DNA of 64,000 nt from an uncultured Actinomycetota bacterium (lineage in GTDB: Bacteria; Actinomycetota; Actinomycetes; JAHEKZ01). Positions 41,423-51,476 of this stretch are shown here, piece by piece. How positions within the stretch are numbered: the first letter of the stretch is position 1; each line of letters opens with the position of its first letter. The notes beneath the pieces are model-generated. The model made no database searches, had not been told where the DNA came from, and was given only the letters and a program-made list of their open reading frames with translations. The DNA lies in contig CAVQYR010000002.1 of the NCBI GenBank assembly GCA_963718235.1, positions 352,001 through 416,000 of the forward strand. Direction: 5' to 3'. The translations under genes were made by a program, and so were the position numbers.

Positions 41423-42511
41423 GTGACCCCTCTCGACCTGTCCCAGGACGTCGTCTCGCTCACCGCGGCCCTGGTCGACGTCTACTCCGAGTCCGGTCAC
41501 GAGACCGCGCTGACCGACCTGGTGGAGCAGGCGCTGCGCGCGCGCACCGACCTCACGGTCGACCGTGACGGCGACGCCGTCGTGGCGCGCACGGCCCTGG
41601 GCCGTGCGGAGCGGGTGGTGCTGGCCGGCCACCTCGACACCGTGCCGCCCGCGGACAACCTGCCCTCGCGTCGGGTCGCCGACCAGCTGTACGGCCTGGG
41701 CAGTGCCGACATGAAGAGTGGGGTGGCGGTCATGCTCCGGCTGGCGGCCACGCTCGGCGACGGCCCGCGCGACCTCACCTACGTGTTCTACGACGGCGAG
41801 GAGGTCGAGGCCGAGCGCAACGGCCTGCTCCGGCTGAGCCGCACGAAGCCGGAGTGGCTGAGGGCCGACTTCGCGGTGCTGCTGGAGCCGACCGACGGGG
41901 TGCTCGAGGGGGGGTGCCAGGGCTCCATGCGGATGGACGTCACGGTGACCGGACGCCGGGCGCACAGTGCCCGCTCGTGGTTGGGCAGCAACGCGATCCA
42001 CGCGGCGGCGCCGGTGCTCGACCTGCTGCGGTCGGTGACCCCTCGCGAACCCGTCGTCGACGGACTGCAGTTTCGCGAAGGGATCAACGCCGTCGGGATC
42101 CGTGGTGGGGTGGCCGGCAACGTGGTCCCCGACGAGTGCGTCGTCACCGTCAACTACCGGTTCGCCCCCGATCGCTCCGAGCGCGAGGCAGAGGACTTCC
42201 TGCGCGACCTGTTCCAGGGCTACGCCGTGGCCGTCACCGACTCCTCACCGGCAGCCCGCCCGGGTCTGGACCACGCGGTGGCCCAGCAGCTGCTGACCGC
42301 CATCGGGGGGACACCCCGGGCGAAGTTCGGCTGGACCGACGTGGCGCGCTTCAGCGCCCTGGGCGTGCCGGCGGTCAACTACGGGCCGGGGGACCCGTCG
42401 GTGTCGCACACCCCGGGCGAGCACGTGGCCGTCGACCAGGTCGCAGACGTCGAGTCACGCCTGCGCGCCTGGCTGACGGCCCAGCCCCCGCTGCGGGTCA
42501 GCCCTGCCTGA
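41423..42511 (+). CDS. dapE: succinyl-diaminopimelate desuccinylase
   Basis: GHLDTVP, DMKSG, EEV, HSARSW, GWTDV. Confidence 0.95.
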   Translation: MTPLDLSQDVVSLTAALVDVYSESGHETALTDLVEQALRARTDLTVDRDGDAVVARTALGRAERVVLAGHLDTVPPADNLPSRRVADQLYGLGSADMKSGVAVMLRLAATLGDGPRDLTYVFYDGEEVEAERNGLLRLSRTKPEWLRADFAVLLEPTDGVLEGGCQGSMRMDVTVTGRRAHSARSWLGSNAIHAAAPVLDLLRSVTPREPVVDGLQFREGINAVGIRGGVAGNVVPDECVVTVNYRFAPDRSEREAEDFLRDLFQGYAVAVTDSSPAARPGLDHAVAQQLLTAIGGTPRAKFGWTDVARFSALGVPAVNYGPGDPSVSHTPGEHVAVDQVADVESRLRAWLTAQPPLRVSPA

Positions 42512-43064
42512 CCGCCGACACGTCCAGGGTGATCGTCACCTTGTCGCTGACCAGGACCCCGCCGGCCTCCAGGGCGACGTTCCAGGTCAGGCCGAAGTCC
42601 TTGCGACTGATCCGCGTGGTCCCGGTGAAGCCGATCCGCTCGTTGCCGAACGGGTCGGTGCTGACCCCCTCGAGCTCGGCGGTGATCTCGACCGCACGGG
42701 TGGTCCCGCGGATGGTGAGGTCACCCACCATGACGAAGGTGTCGACGCCGGAGGCGCGCACGGAGGTGGCGGTGAAGGTCAGGGTCGGGTGGGCCTCGAC
42801 GTCGAGGAAGTCCGCCGAGCGGACGTGGGTGTCGCGGTCCTCGTTGCCGGAGGCGAAGCTCGACGCGTCGATCGACACGGTGGCGCTGGAACGGGAGGGG
42901 TCGTCGCCGTCCAGGACCAGCGAGCCGGAGAAGACGTCGAACTGGCCGCGGACCGTGGTCACCATTGCGTGCTTGGTGGCGAACCCGAGCCTGGTGTGGC
43001 TGGGGTCGATCTGCCAGGTGCCGGTCGTCGCGGCCAGAGTGGTCTCGGTGGTCGTGGTGGTCAT
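42498..43064 (-). CDS. YceI family protein
   Basis: GTWQIDPSH, RDTHVRSADF, GDLTIRG, RKDFGLTWN. Confidence 0.92.
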   Translation of the reverse strand: MTTTTTETTLAATTGTWQIDPSHTRLGFATKHAMVTTVRGQFDVFSGSLVLDGDDPSRSSATVSIDASSFASGNEDRDTHVRSADFLDVEAHPTLTFTATSVRASGVDTFVMVGDLTIRGTTRAVEITAELEGVSTDPFGNERIGFTGTTRISRKDFGLTWNVALEAGGVLVSDKVTITLDVSAVRQG

Positions 43065-43093
43065 CGGAGCTCCTTGGCTGGTGAGAAGAAATC

Positions 43094-43120
43094 GTTGAAC
43101 GTTCAGTTGAACAGTCAACT
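43094..43120. promoter_or_regulatory. tandem palindromic operator upstream of the yceI-like gene
   Basis: TGAACGTTCA (43096-43105) and AGTTGA-acag-TCAACT (43105-43120) in an AT-rich intergenic stretch. Confidence 0.6.
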
Positions 43121-43192
43121 TTCTCCTCCTATTCCCCCGGGCGACCGCCAGGCGACCCGACCCGTTCCACCGGCGCCGTTACCCTCGGCCAG

Positions 43193-44032
43193 ATGACCAC
43201 TGACGAAACCGGGCGAGTCCCCGGCGAGCGGCACCGGGGACCGGTGGTGCTGCGGCGCGGCCAGGTGCAGCGCAGCACGACCGACCAGCGGCTGCTGGAC
43301 TCCCGTGGCCCCTCCGACTGGGTCCACACCGACCCGTGGCGGGTCCTGCGCATCCAGGCGGAGTTCGTCGAGGGGTTCGGGCTGCTGGCCGAGCTCGGCC
43401 CGGCGGTCAGCGTCTTCGGGAGTGCCCGGGCCGCCCGTGACTCACCGGAGTACGCCCTCGCCGAGCAGGTGGGTGCCGCCCTGGTGGCTGCCGGCTACGC
43501 CGTCATCACCGGCGGGGGTCCCGGGGTCATGGAGGCCGCCAACAAGGGGGCCTCCGAGGCCGGCGGGGTGTCGGTCGGGCTGGGGATCGAGCTCCCCTTC
43601 GAGCAGGGGCTCAACCCGTTCGTCGACATCGGGATCAACTTCCGGTACTTCTTCGCCCGCAAGACCATGTTCGTCAAGTACGCCAGGGGGTTCGTCGTCC
43701 TGCCCGGCGGTTTCGGCACCCTCGACGAGCTCTTCGAAGCACTCACGCTCGTCCAGACCCAGAAGGTCACGGCGTTCCCGCTGGTGCTCGTGGGCCGGTC
43801 CTACTGGCAGGGGCTGCTCGACTGGCTCGACGGGACCGTGGTCGCCGACGGCAAGGCGTCACCCCACGACACTCACCTCATGCACCTCACCGACGACGTC
43901 GACGAGGCAGTCGCCCTGATCCGCAAGGCCGAGCTGGACCGTGACTCGGTCCGTCAGGACGAGCTGGAGGCCGTCTTGGACAAGGAGGTTGCCGAGCGGG
44001 CGGCGGCGGGTGGTCCGTTGATGGGGATCTGA
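43193..44032 (+). CDS. LOG family (TIGR00730) nucleotide phosphoribohydrolase
   Basis: TGGGPGVMEA, RKTMF, PGGFGTLDE. Confidence 0.93.
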   Translation: MTTDETGRVPGERHRGPVVLRRGQVQRSTTDQRLLDSRGPSDWVHTDPWRVLRIQAEFVEGFGLLAELGPAVSVFGSARAARDSPEYALAEQVGAALVAAGYAVITGGGPGVMEAANKGASEAGGVSVGLGIELPFEQGLNPFVDIGINFRYFFARKTMFVKYARGFVVLPGGFGTLDELFEALTLVQTQKVTAFPLVLVGRSYWQGLLDWLDGTVVADGKASPHDTHLMHLTDDVDEAVALIRKAELDRDSVRQDELEAVLDKEVAERAAAGGPLMGI

Positions 44033-44034
44033 GG

Positions 44035-44063
44035 CTCAGGGCGGTGACCCGGTGAGCCGATAG
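44035..44063 (+). promoter_or_regulatory. sigma28-like promoter upstream of the MFS gene
   Basis: CTCA-N17-GCCGATAG. Confidence 0.45.
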
Positions 44064-44070
44064 ACCCTCG

Positions 44071-45357
44071 GTGGGTCCGGACCCGAGCGGACAGGAGTCG
44101 CCCGACCCGCCGCGGGCCAAGGCAGCGGCGGTGGTCGGTGCACGGCTGCGCGCCGCGCTCGAGGTCGGCCGGGACCCCTCACTTCGGCGGTTCTGGTTCT
44201 CCCAGATGGTCTCGGAGGTCGGCGACTGGGTGGGCCTCCTCGGTGTCGCTGCACTGCTCTACCAGGTCACCGACAAGGCCGTCTACGCGGCAGCGAGCGT
44301 CACGGCGCTGTACCTGCCGTACCTGTTGTCCCCCTGGCTCACCGCCCTGTGCGCCAAGCTGCCCCCGCGCCAGCTGCTGATCGGTGCCGACCTGCTGCGC
44401 AGCGCGATCATCCCCGTCCTGCTGATCGACGGGCTTCCCCCGTGGCTGTTGCTGCTCGTGGTCTTCGTGTCAGCGCTGCCCACTCCCGTGTACGAGGCGA
44501 CGCGCAGTGCGGTGGTCCCCGAGTACGCCCCCGACGAGACGACGCTGGACGACGCGCTGGTCCTCTTCCAGTCGACCCAGCAGGCGGCGAACACGGTGGG
44601 GTTCCTGCTGGGCGGGCTCGTCCTGGCCACCATCCAGGTCGAAGCGGCGCTGTGGCTCAACGCGGTCAGCTACATGCTGTCGGCCATGCTGCTGATGGGC
44701 ATCCCGAGCATGCCGCCGATCGCCGGCGTCACGTCGTCGGCCGGCTCGCTCGTCGTCGACGGGCTGCGGGCGCTGCGGCGCCAGCCCCTGCTGCGACGCA
44801 CCGTGGCCCTGGCCGTGGTGAGCGCCAGCACGATCATGGCCGGTGAGGCACTGGTCGTCGTCTACGCCGGCGACATCGGGCACGCCGGGATGTCGGGGGT
44901 GTTCGCAGCGGCGACGACGTCGGTCGCTGCCGTCGCCGCGCTGGTCATGCCCAGGCACTACGACAGCGCCACCCTGCTGCGGATCGTGGCGACCACACTC
45001 GGGCTCGGCGCCGCCGTGGCTCTCCTGCTGTTCAGCGTCGCACCCGGTGTCTTCGTCGGACTGGCCGGGTACATCGCCCTGGGCGTGGTCAGCGCACCGG
45101 GCGCTCTGACCTACGTCGTCGCCGTCCGCGAGATGAGCCTTCAGGTCCGCGCCTCGGTCTTCTCGATGGTCCAGGTGCTGCTCATGGGCGGCCAGGCGCT
45201 GGTCGCGCTGCTGGCCGGTCGCCTGGCCGACCAGATCGGGGTCGGGCTCGCGATCGGGGTCCTCCAGCTGCCGACGCTGTTCCTCGCCCTCGCCGCCATC
45301 GTGCTGACGCCCAAGGTGCGCCCGGCCCTGTCCGACCTGAAGGCCTCCCCGGCGTGA
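44071..45357 (+). CDS. MFS transporter
   Basis: About 12 hydrophobic segments; SQMVSEVGDW, DLLRS, GRLADQIG. Confidence 0.85.
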   Translation: MGPDPSGQESPDPPRAKAAAVVGARLRAALEVGRDPSLRRFWFSQMVSEVGDWVGLLGVAALLYQVTDKAVYAAASVTALYLPYLLSPWLTALCAKLPPRQLLIGADLLRSAIIPVLLIDGLPPWLLLLVVFVSALPTPVYEATRSAVVPEYAPDETTLDDALVLFQSTQQAANTVGFLLGGLVLATIQVEAALWLNAVSYMLSAMLLMGIPSMPPIAGVTSSAGSLVVDGLRALRRQPLLRRTVALAVVSASTIMAGEALVVVYAGDIGHAGMSGVFAAATTSVAAVAALVMPRHYDSATLLRIVATTLGLGAAVALLLFSVAPGVFVGLAGYIALGVVSAPGALTYVVAVREMSLQVRASVFSMVQVLLMGGQALVALLAGRLADQIGVGLAIGVLQLPTLFLALAAIVLTPKVRPALSDLKASPA

Positions 45358-45359
45358 CC

Positions 45360-46220
45360 TCAGGCCAGGCCACGGCGCGACACCGCAGGCGGGCGGTCCC
45401 CGCGGATCGAGGCGACCATGTCCAGCACCTCACGGGTCCGACCCACGTCATGGGCGCGGAACACCCGCGCACCGAGCCACGCGCTCACCGCCGTCGTCGC
45501 CAGCGTGCCGACGAGGCGCTGGTCGACCGGGCGGTCCAGCGCCTCGCCCACGAAGTCCTTGTTCGACAAGGACACCAGCACCGGCCAGCCGAGCGCGACC
45601 AGCTGTGACAGGTCGCGGGTGACGGCCAGCGAGTGCCGGGTGTTCTTGCCGAAGTCGTGCCCGGGGTCGACCACGAGGCCGTCGGGCCGGACACCGAGGC
45701 CCAGGACCCGCGTCGTCTCCCGCTCGACCCACGCCACGACGTCGACCATCGGGTTCTCATAGGTCACGCGGTGCGGTCTGGTCCGTGGGGTGGCCCCCCC
45801 GGTGTGCGTGCAGACCAACCCGACGCCGAACGCAGCAGCGACCGCAGCCAGCTCGGGGTCGTGGCCGCCCCAGGCGTCGTTGACAAGGTCGGCCCCCGCC
45901 TCACAGGCGGCCGAAGCGACTTCCGCCCGCCACGTGTCGACGCTGATCACGGTCGAGGGGTGCTCCGCGCGGACCGCGCGGACGAACGGCACGACCCGAC
46001 GGATCTCCTCCGGGGTGTCCACCGGGTCGCCGGGCCCGGCCTTGACCCCTCCGACGTCGATGATGTCCGCACCCGCGGCCACCGCGCGGCCGACGGCTGC
46101 CATGGCGGCGTCGTCGGAGAAGGTCGCCCCGCGGTCGAAGAACGAGTCGGGTGTCCGGTTCACAATCGCCATCACGACCAGGTCGTCGTCGAAGGTGCGG
46201 GTGCCCAGGCGCCATGGCAT
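45360..46220 (-). CDS. folP: dihydropteroate synthase-like (FolP2)
   Basis: IVNRTPDSFFD, SVDTWR, DPGHDFGK, SNKDF, FRAH. Confidence 0.9.
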   Translation of the reverse strand: MPWRLGTRTFDDDLVVMAIVNRTPDSFFDRGATFSDDAAMAAVGRAVAAGADIIDVGGVKAGPGDPVDTPEEIRRVVPFVRAVRAEHPSTVISVDTWRAEVASAACEAGADLVNDAWGGHDPELAAVAAAFGVGLVCTHTGGATPRTRPHRVTYENPMVDVVAWVERETTRVLGLGVRPDGLVVDPGHDFGKNTRHSLAVTRDLSQLVALGWPVLVSLSNKDFVGEALDRPVDQRLVGTLATTAVSAWLGARVFRAHDVGRTREVLDMVASIRGDRPPAVSRRGLA

Positions 46221-46285
46221 GGCTCAGCGTGACACGATCGCATCAGGGCCGGTTCGGCCACCCGGTGTGTGGGAGGGGTTCGCGC

Positions 46286-46579
46286 GTGTTGTACCTGTGG
46301 CTGTTCGTCGCCCTGGCCCTCGTCGTCGCGGTCGTCCTGGTGGCGTTGGGCCACGGCACGTCGGGGAGCGAGGCCCCGCCCGACCGTCGCGCCGCCGACC
46401 TCCCGTCCGACCGGTCCGTCGTGGCCGCGGACGTCGACGCGCTGCGGCTGCCCCAGGCGTTCCGCGGGTACCGGATGGACGACGTGGACGAGGTGCTCGA
46501 CCGACTCGCCGAACAGCTCACCGAACGCGACGCACTGATCGAGCGGCTGCAGAGCCCTCCCCCCGAGACGTCGCCGTGA
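46286..46579 (+). CDS. DivIVA-domain membrane protein
   Basis: N-terminal TM; FRGYRMDDVDEVLDRL. Confidence 0.85.
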   Translation: MLYLWLFVALALVVAVVLVALGHGTSGSEAPPDRRAADLPSDRSVVAADVDALRLPQAFRGYRMDDVDEVLDRLAEQLTERDALIERLQSPPPETSP

Positions 46580-47040
46580 GCGCGGAGGTCACCGTCGCCG
46601 TCGACGTGGACGCACCGCCCGAGGCGGTCTGGGCCGCCGTCACCGACTGGCCACGCCAGTCCCAGTGGATGCTCGGCACCACGGTGCGCTCCACGGCTGC
46701 CGGTGGGGTGGGCGAAGGGGGCGGGATCGAGGCGTTCACCGGCCTGGGCAGGGTCGGGTTCCTGGACACCATGGTCATCACCGAGTGGGACCCGCCTCGG
46801 CGCTGCGTGGTCCGTCACACCGGCCGTGTGGTCCGCGGCGACGGGGTCTTCGAGGTGCTGCGTCTGCCGAGGGGCAGGAGCAGGTTCGTGTGGTCGGAGA
46901 TCCTCGACTTGCCCCTGGGCCGGCTCGGTCGGCTGGGGTGGCCGCTGGTGGCGCCGGTGTTCGGTGCGGGGGTCCGGCACAGCCTGCTGAAGCTGGCCGA
47001 GGACGTCGGCCGTGAGCACGCCAGGGGCCATGGGCGATAA
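46576..47040 (+). CDS. SRPBCC family protein
   Basis: VDAPPEAVWAAVTDW...WDPPRRC..RHTGRVVRG. Confidence 0.85.
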   Translation: MSAEVTVAVDVDAPPEAVWAAVTDWPRQSQWMLGTTVRSTAAGGVGEGGGIEAFTGLGRVGFLDTMVITEWDPPRRCVVRHTGRVVRGDGVFEVLRLPRGRSRFVWSEILDLPLGRLGRLGWPLVAPVFGAGVRHSLLKLAEDVGREHARGHGR

Positions 47041-47116
47041 TGGTGCGAAGTCACGCGACCGGGCGTGCTCCCAGGTCGCGCACGCGACGCAGGTTCGCAG
47101 CAGGAAGGGGAACGAC

Positions 47117-47284
47117 ATGGCGGCCATGAAGCCGCGTACGGGCGACGGCCCACTCGAGGTGACCAAGGAGGGCCGGGGCATCGTCATGCGCGTTCCGCTC
47201 GAGGGCGGCGGCCGTCTCGTCGTCGAGCTCAACGCCGAGGAGGCCAAGAGCCTCGGTGACCAGCTGATCGCCGTTGCCGGCTGA
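47117..47284 (+). CDS. DUF3117 family protein
   Basis: MAAMKPRTGDGPLEVTKEGRGIVMRVPLEGGGRLVVEL. Confidence 0.93.
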   Translation: MAAMKPRTGDGPLEVTKEGRGIVMRVPLEGGGRLVVELNAEEAKSLGDQLIAVAG

Positions 47285-47335
47285 CGTCGGCCCCATGTCG
47301 GCCCCGGGTGCGGATTCTGGACCCGGGGCCGCGGC

Positions 47336-48856
47336 ATGACCGGGCCGGTGCTGCGGGCGGTCTCCCGCCCGCTGGAGTCCGCCCTGTCGACGTCTGAGGT
47401 GGTCGCCCTCGGCGTGCGGCCCGGCACGGACTCCGGGCCGCAGGTCGTCGTCCCCGGCGGGCAGTGGCCAGTCGACCTCCCGGCCCACCTGGACCGGGCC
47501 GAAGCGACCGGTCGGGCCGGCGAGGTGACCGAGATCCCCCTCGTGGGCAGCGGACGGACCCGCTCCCTGCTCCTGGTCGGGGTGGGTGGGTCGTCGACCA
47601 CCGACCTGCGAGCCGCTGCGGCTGCGGTCGCGCGCCGCGCGCAGGGGCAGCGGTCGTTGGCGGTCGACCTGGGCCAGCGGACGTCGGGTGACATCGCCGC
47701 CGTGGCCGAGGGCGCCGGGCTCGCTGCCTACACGTTCACCGAGAAGACGTCGGCGCCGCCCAAGCCGGTCCGGCGGGTCGACGTCCACGCCGACGCAGCG
47801 CAGTGGGACCCTCCGTCCGCAGAGGAGGCTGTGACGCGCGCAGGAGTCGTCGTGCGTGCCGTCCACCGAGCGCGGGACCTCACCAACACCCCGGCGAACC
47901 GCAAGTCCCCCCAGTGGCTCGCGCGCCAGGCCCGGCGGGCCGGTGAGGAGGCTGGGCTCCGGGTCACCGTCCTGGACGCGGATGCGCTGCGACGTCAGGG
48001 CTTCGGAGCCCTGCTGGCGGTGGGCAGCGGCTCGACCCGCCCGCCCGTGCTCGTCCGCCTGGACTACCGACCGCGGCGTGGCCGCACGAGGCGGGCGACC
48101 GGCGAGCGCCGGGTCGTCCTCGTCGGCAAGGGCATCACCTTCGACTCGGGCGGGTTGTCGCTGAAGCCGGCCGACGCGATGACGACCATGAAGACCGACA
48201 TGGCCGGTGCGGCGGCGGTCCTGTCGGTCATGGCCGCGCTGCCGGCTCTCGACTCACCGGTCGCGGTCACCGGGGTGCTGGCCCTGGCCGAGAACATGCC
48301 GTCCGGCTCGGCGGTCCGTCCTGGCGACGTCGTGACCTCCTACGACGGAACCACGATCGAGGTCTTGAACACCGACGCCGAGGGCCGCCTCGTCCTCGCC
48401 GACGCCCTCGGCTGGGCGACCACGGGTGCGGACCGACCAGCCGCCGTGGTCGACCTCGCCACCCTCACCGGGGCGGCATCGGTCGGTCTGGGCCGCGGGC
48501 ACGCTGCGCTGTACGCCGACGACTCCCGCCTGGGCGACGCGCTGGCATCGGCGGCCGCCTGCACCGGCGAGCGACTGTGGCGGATGCCGCTGGTCGACGA
48601 CTACCGGGCCACTCTCGAGTCGCCGGTGGCCGACCTCTCGCACATCGCCCGCGACCCGAAGGTCTCCGGCGGCTCGATCACCGCGGCGTTGTTCCTCCAG
48701 GCCTTCACCCACGGTGTGCCGTGGGCGCACCTCGACATCGCCGGACCGGCGAGGGCCGAGGCCGACAGCGACGAGACCAGCAAGGGGGGCACCGGCTATG
48801 GGGTGCGCCTGCTGCTCGACTGGCTGAGTCGACCCGGGACAGGAGCCGGTGCCTGA
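47336..48856 (+). CDS. M17 leucyl aminopeptidase
   Basis: GKGITFDSGG, MKTDM, NTDAEGRL, ATLTG, HLDIAG. Confidence 0.93.
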   Translation: MTGPVLRAVSRPLESALSTSEVVALGVRPGTDSGPQVVVPGGQWPVDLPAHLDRAEATGRAGEVTEIPLVGSGRTRSLLLVGVGGSSTTDLRAAAAAVARRAQGQRSLAVDLGQRTSGDIAAVAEGAGLAAYTFTEKTSAPPKPVRRVDVHADAAQWDPPSAEEAVTRAGVVVRAVHRARDLTNTPANRKSPQWLARQARRAGEEAGLRVTVLDADALRRQGFGALLAVGSGSTRPPVLVRLDYRPRRGRTRRATGERRVVLVGKGITFDSGGLSLKPADAMTTMKTDMAGAAAVLSVMAALPALDSPVAVTGVLALAENMPSGSAVRPGDVVTSYDGTTIEVLNTDAEGRLVLADALGWATTGADRPAAVVDLATLTGAASVGLGRGHAALYADDSRLGDALASAAACTGERLWRMPLVDDYRATLESPVADLSHIARDPKVSGGSITAALFLQAFTHGVPWAHLDIAGPARAEADSDETSKGGTGYGVRLLLDWLSRPGTGAGA

Positions 48857-49197
48857 TGTACGGACTCTCGGTGCGGTGGTCCCTGCGCGACGTCGACCCT
48901 GCCGTCGTCCAGGAGCTGCGCGACTACGTGCGCGACCAGTCGCTGGCCCGGTTCACCGGCATGCCGGGGCTGTCGTTCAAGACCTGGCGGATGGTGCCGG
49001 GGGAGTGGTTCGAAGGGACCTACGTCTGGGACACCGCGCACGCCCGTGACGAGTTCCTGCTCACCTTCCGGGCCGGCGCCGACAGCGCCCCGGGAACGGT
49101 GATGATCGGCTCCTCGCCCGTTGTGTACGAGACGTTCGAGGTGGTGGCCGTCGCCGAGGGCGGCGCCGGCTTCACCGCCGGAGCGGGTCCGGGCTGA
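48856..49197 (+). CDS. small dimeric alpha-beta barrel (YdhR-like) protein
   Basis: TGATG-coupled; PGLSFKTW...GTYVW pattern. Confidence 0.65.
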   Translation: MYGLSVRWSLRDVDPAVVQELRDYVRDQSLARFTGMPGLSFKTWRMVPGEWFEGTYVWDTAHARDEFLLTFRAGADSAPGTVMIGSSPVVYETFEVVAVAEGGAGFTAGAGPG

Positions 49198-49207
49198 GCA
49201 CGGTGGA

Positions 49208-49837
49208 TCAGCCCCGCTTGCGGGCCACCAGGAGGCCCTGACCGACCGGAAGCAGCAACGGCAGCCACCGCTCGTCGTCGCGCAGGTCGGTGACGAGCGA
49301 GCGCATGGCGACCGTGGCCGGGTCTCGTTGGGCCGGGTCAGCCACCCGGTCGTTCCACAGCGCGTCGTCGAACGCCACGACCCCGCCCGCGCGCAGCAGC
49401 CGGTGAGCCTCGGTCAGGTCGCTGGGGTACTCGTCCTTGGGCCCGTCGAAGAACGCGAGGTCGTAGCTGTCGTCGGCCAGGCGGGGCAGGACCTCCAGGG
49501 CGCGTCCGGTGATCAGCCGGGTGCGCTGTGGGGCGACCCCGGCTGCGACGAAGGTCTCGCGGGCCAGGCGGCTGTGCTCGGTCTCGCCCTCGACCGTGGT
49601 CAGGATTCCGTCGTCGCGCATGCCGCGCAGCAACCACAGCCCCGACACCCCGGTACCGGTTCCGACCTCGACCACCGCGCGGGCACCGACCAGGGCGGCC
49701 AGGAGCCGCAGGGCGGCACCGGTTCCCGGGTCGACGGGTCGGCAGCCGACCTCGTCGGCACGCTGCCGAGCGGTGCGTAGCACGTCGTCCTCGGGCACGT
49801 ACGCCTGCGCGTACGCCCAGCTGGCGTCGGTGGGAAT
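49208..49837 (-). CDS. class I SAM-dependent O-methyltransferase
   Basis: VEVGTGTGVSG, ALEVLPRL; divergent from sigE; proposed ATT start at 49837. Confidence 0.88.
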   Translation of the reverse strand: MPTDASWAYAQAYVPEDDVLRTARQRADEVGCRPVDPGTGAALRLLAALVGARAVVEVGTGTGVSGLWLLRGMRDDGILTTVEGETEHSRLARETFVAAGVAPQRTRLITGRALEVLPRLADDSYDLAFFDGPKDEYPSDLTEAHRLLRAGGVVAFDDALWNDRVADPAQRDPATVAMRSLVTDLRDDERWLPLLLPVGQGLLVARKRG

Positions 49838-49909
49838 GGTCGCCTCCTGCTCGGGTGTTGAACGAAGCCTAGACCGTGGGCGACCGCCCACCGTGGCCCC
49901 ATCGGACCG

Positions 49910-49935
49910 GGAACTGTTCGACCGGATCGAACGTC
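49910..49935 (+). promoter_or_regulatory. SigE/SigH-type ECF promoter upstream of sigE
   Basis: GGAAC-N17-CGTC. Confidence 0.6.
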
Positions 49936-49973
49936 TGACCTTCAGGTCAGCGCCGACGACGTGAGGAGGGGCC

Positions 49974-50567
49974 ATGCCCACCACGGCTGGCTTCACCGAC
50001 GGTGAGGCTGCGTGGCAGCCGCCGTCGTGGCACGACGTCGTCGCCGAGCACTCGCCCCGGGTCTACCGGCTGGCCTACCGGCTCACCGGGAACAAGCACG
50101 ACGCCGAGGACCTCACCCAGGAGGTGTTCGTCCGGGTCTTCCGCTCCCTGGCCCAGTACACCCCCGGCAACTTCGAGGGCTGGCTGCACCGGATCACCAC
50201 CAACCTGTTCCTCGACCAGGCGCGACGCCGTCAGCGCATCCGGTTCACGCCGCTGCCCGAGGACGGTGACGACCGGATCGCCGGACGCGAGCCTTCGGCC
50301 GCCGACGCCTACGACCTGACCCGGCTCGACGACGAGGTCCAGGGGGCGCTGGCCGCCCTGCCGCCCGACTTCCGAGCCGCCGTCGTCCTGTGCGACATCG
50401 AGGGCCTCTCCTACGAGGAGATCGCGGCGACGCTCGACGTGAAGCTGGGCACGGTCCGCAGCCGGATCCACCGCGGGCGCACGCAGCTGCGTGAGACGCT
50501 GGCCCACCGGCGCCCGCTCGCCCCCGCGGCGACACCCAGGTCGACCCGGGTCGGTGACTCGGTATGA
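49974..50567 (+). CDS. sigE: RNA polymerase sigma factor SigE
   Basis: [23 protein letters not shown]...[14 protein letters not shown]...[11 protein letters not shown]. Confidence 0.95.
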   Translation: MPTTAGFTDGEAAWQPPSWHDVVAEHSPRVYRLAYRLTGNKHDAEDLTQEVFVRVFRSLAQYTPGNFEGWLHRITTNLFLDQARRRQRIRFTPLPEDGDDRIAGREPSAADAYDLTRLDDEVQGALAALPPDFRAAVVLCDIEGLSYEEIAATLDVKLGTVRSRIHRGRTQLRETLAHRRPLAPAATPRSTRVGDSV

Positions 50568-51376
50568 GCCGCACGCTGCGCCCGGGCGGTCCCGAGGAGC
50601 ACCTGGGGGACAAGGCCAGCGCGTTGGTCGACGGGGCGCTCACTCCGCGCGAGCACGAGCGGTGGTTGGGGCACGTGGCGTTGTGCCCGGCCTGCCGGTC
50701 GGTGGTCGACGGTGAGCGGGAGGCCAAAGCGTTCGTGGCCCGGCTGGCCCAGCCGGAGATGGGTGTCGCGCTCACCGCGGCCCTGCTGACCGTGCCGGGC
50801 GCAGCCACCGACGACCGGGTGCCGGCGGCCGCCTCCGTGCTGGCGCCGCTTGCGCCGCTCGCGCCGCTTGCGCCCTCGAGCCCCCTGCCGGTAGCCGTTC
50901 CCGCCACCCGAGCCGGACGCTCGTCGGCCCGGGCTCTCGCGGCGCTGTCGGGCGTGAGTGCCACTGCGGCCGCGGTCCTGATCGTCGGTGCCACCAGTGC
51001 CCCGGCGACGGGACTCGTGGCAGCCCAGGGTCTCGCGGGGGCGGCGGAGCAGCGGCCTGCGGTGACCGTCGCGGCGGCGACCCGGTCGGACGGGGTGACG
51101 CAGGCGGTGGGGAGCAGTGGGTCCCTGCCTGGGCCGCTCGATGACCTGACCCCGCAGCCGACGGACCGACCGGTGTTCAGCCTGGTCTCCGCAGTCGCAC
51201 CGCTGCGCGGCGTGACCGCGCCGACGGAGCCCGTCGCGCGGCGCACAACCCAGGTGCCGATAGCCGTCTCGGGACTCCCCGCCGCGTTCACGGCGGCGCC
51301 CAAGCCGGCACCGAGCCCGCCGTGGGTCCTGCCGGTGGCGGCCGAGCTGACCACCGCGACCGGCTCCCTGCCCTGA
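50564..51376 (+). CDS. zf-HC2 anti-sigma factor (RseA-like)
   Basis: HLGD.ASALVDG...HVALCPAC; coupled to sigE. Confidence 0.85.
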   Translation: MSRTLRPGGPEEHLGDKASALVDGALTPREHERWLGHVALCPACRSVVDGEREAKAFVARLAQPEMGVALTAALLTVPGAATDDRVPAAASVLAPLAPLAPLAPSSPLPVAVPATRAGRSSARALAALSGVSATAAAVLIVGATSAPATGLVAAQGLAGAAEQRPAVTVAAATRSDGVTQAVGSSGSLPGPLDDLTPQPTDRPVFSLVSAVAPLRGVTAPTEPVARRTTQVPIAVSGLPAAFTAAPKPAPSPPWVLPVAAELTTATGSLP

Positions 51377-51476
51377 CCCGGTCCGCCGGGTCTCGCTACC
51401 GTGGCGCGTCGGCCCACGTTCCAGCGACCTCGACCCGCGGTCCTTCCGCCGCCCCGAGGCTCGACCCCCAGGAGCA

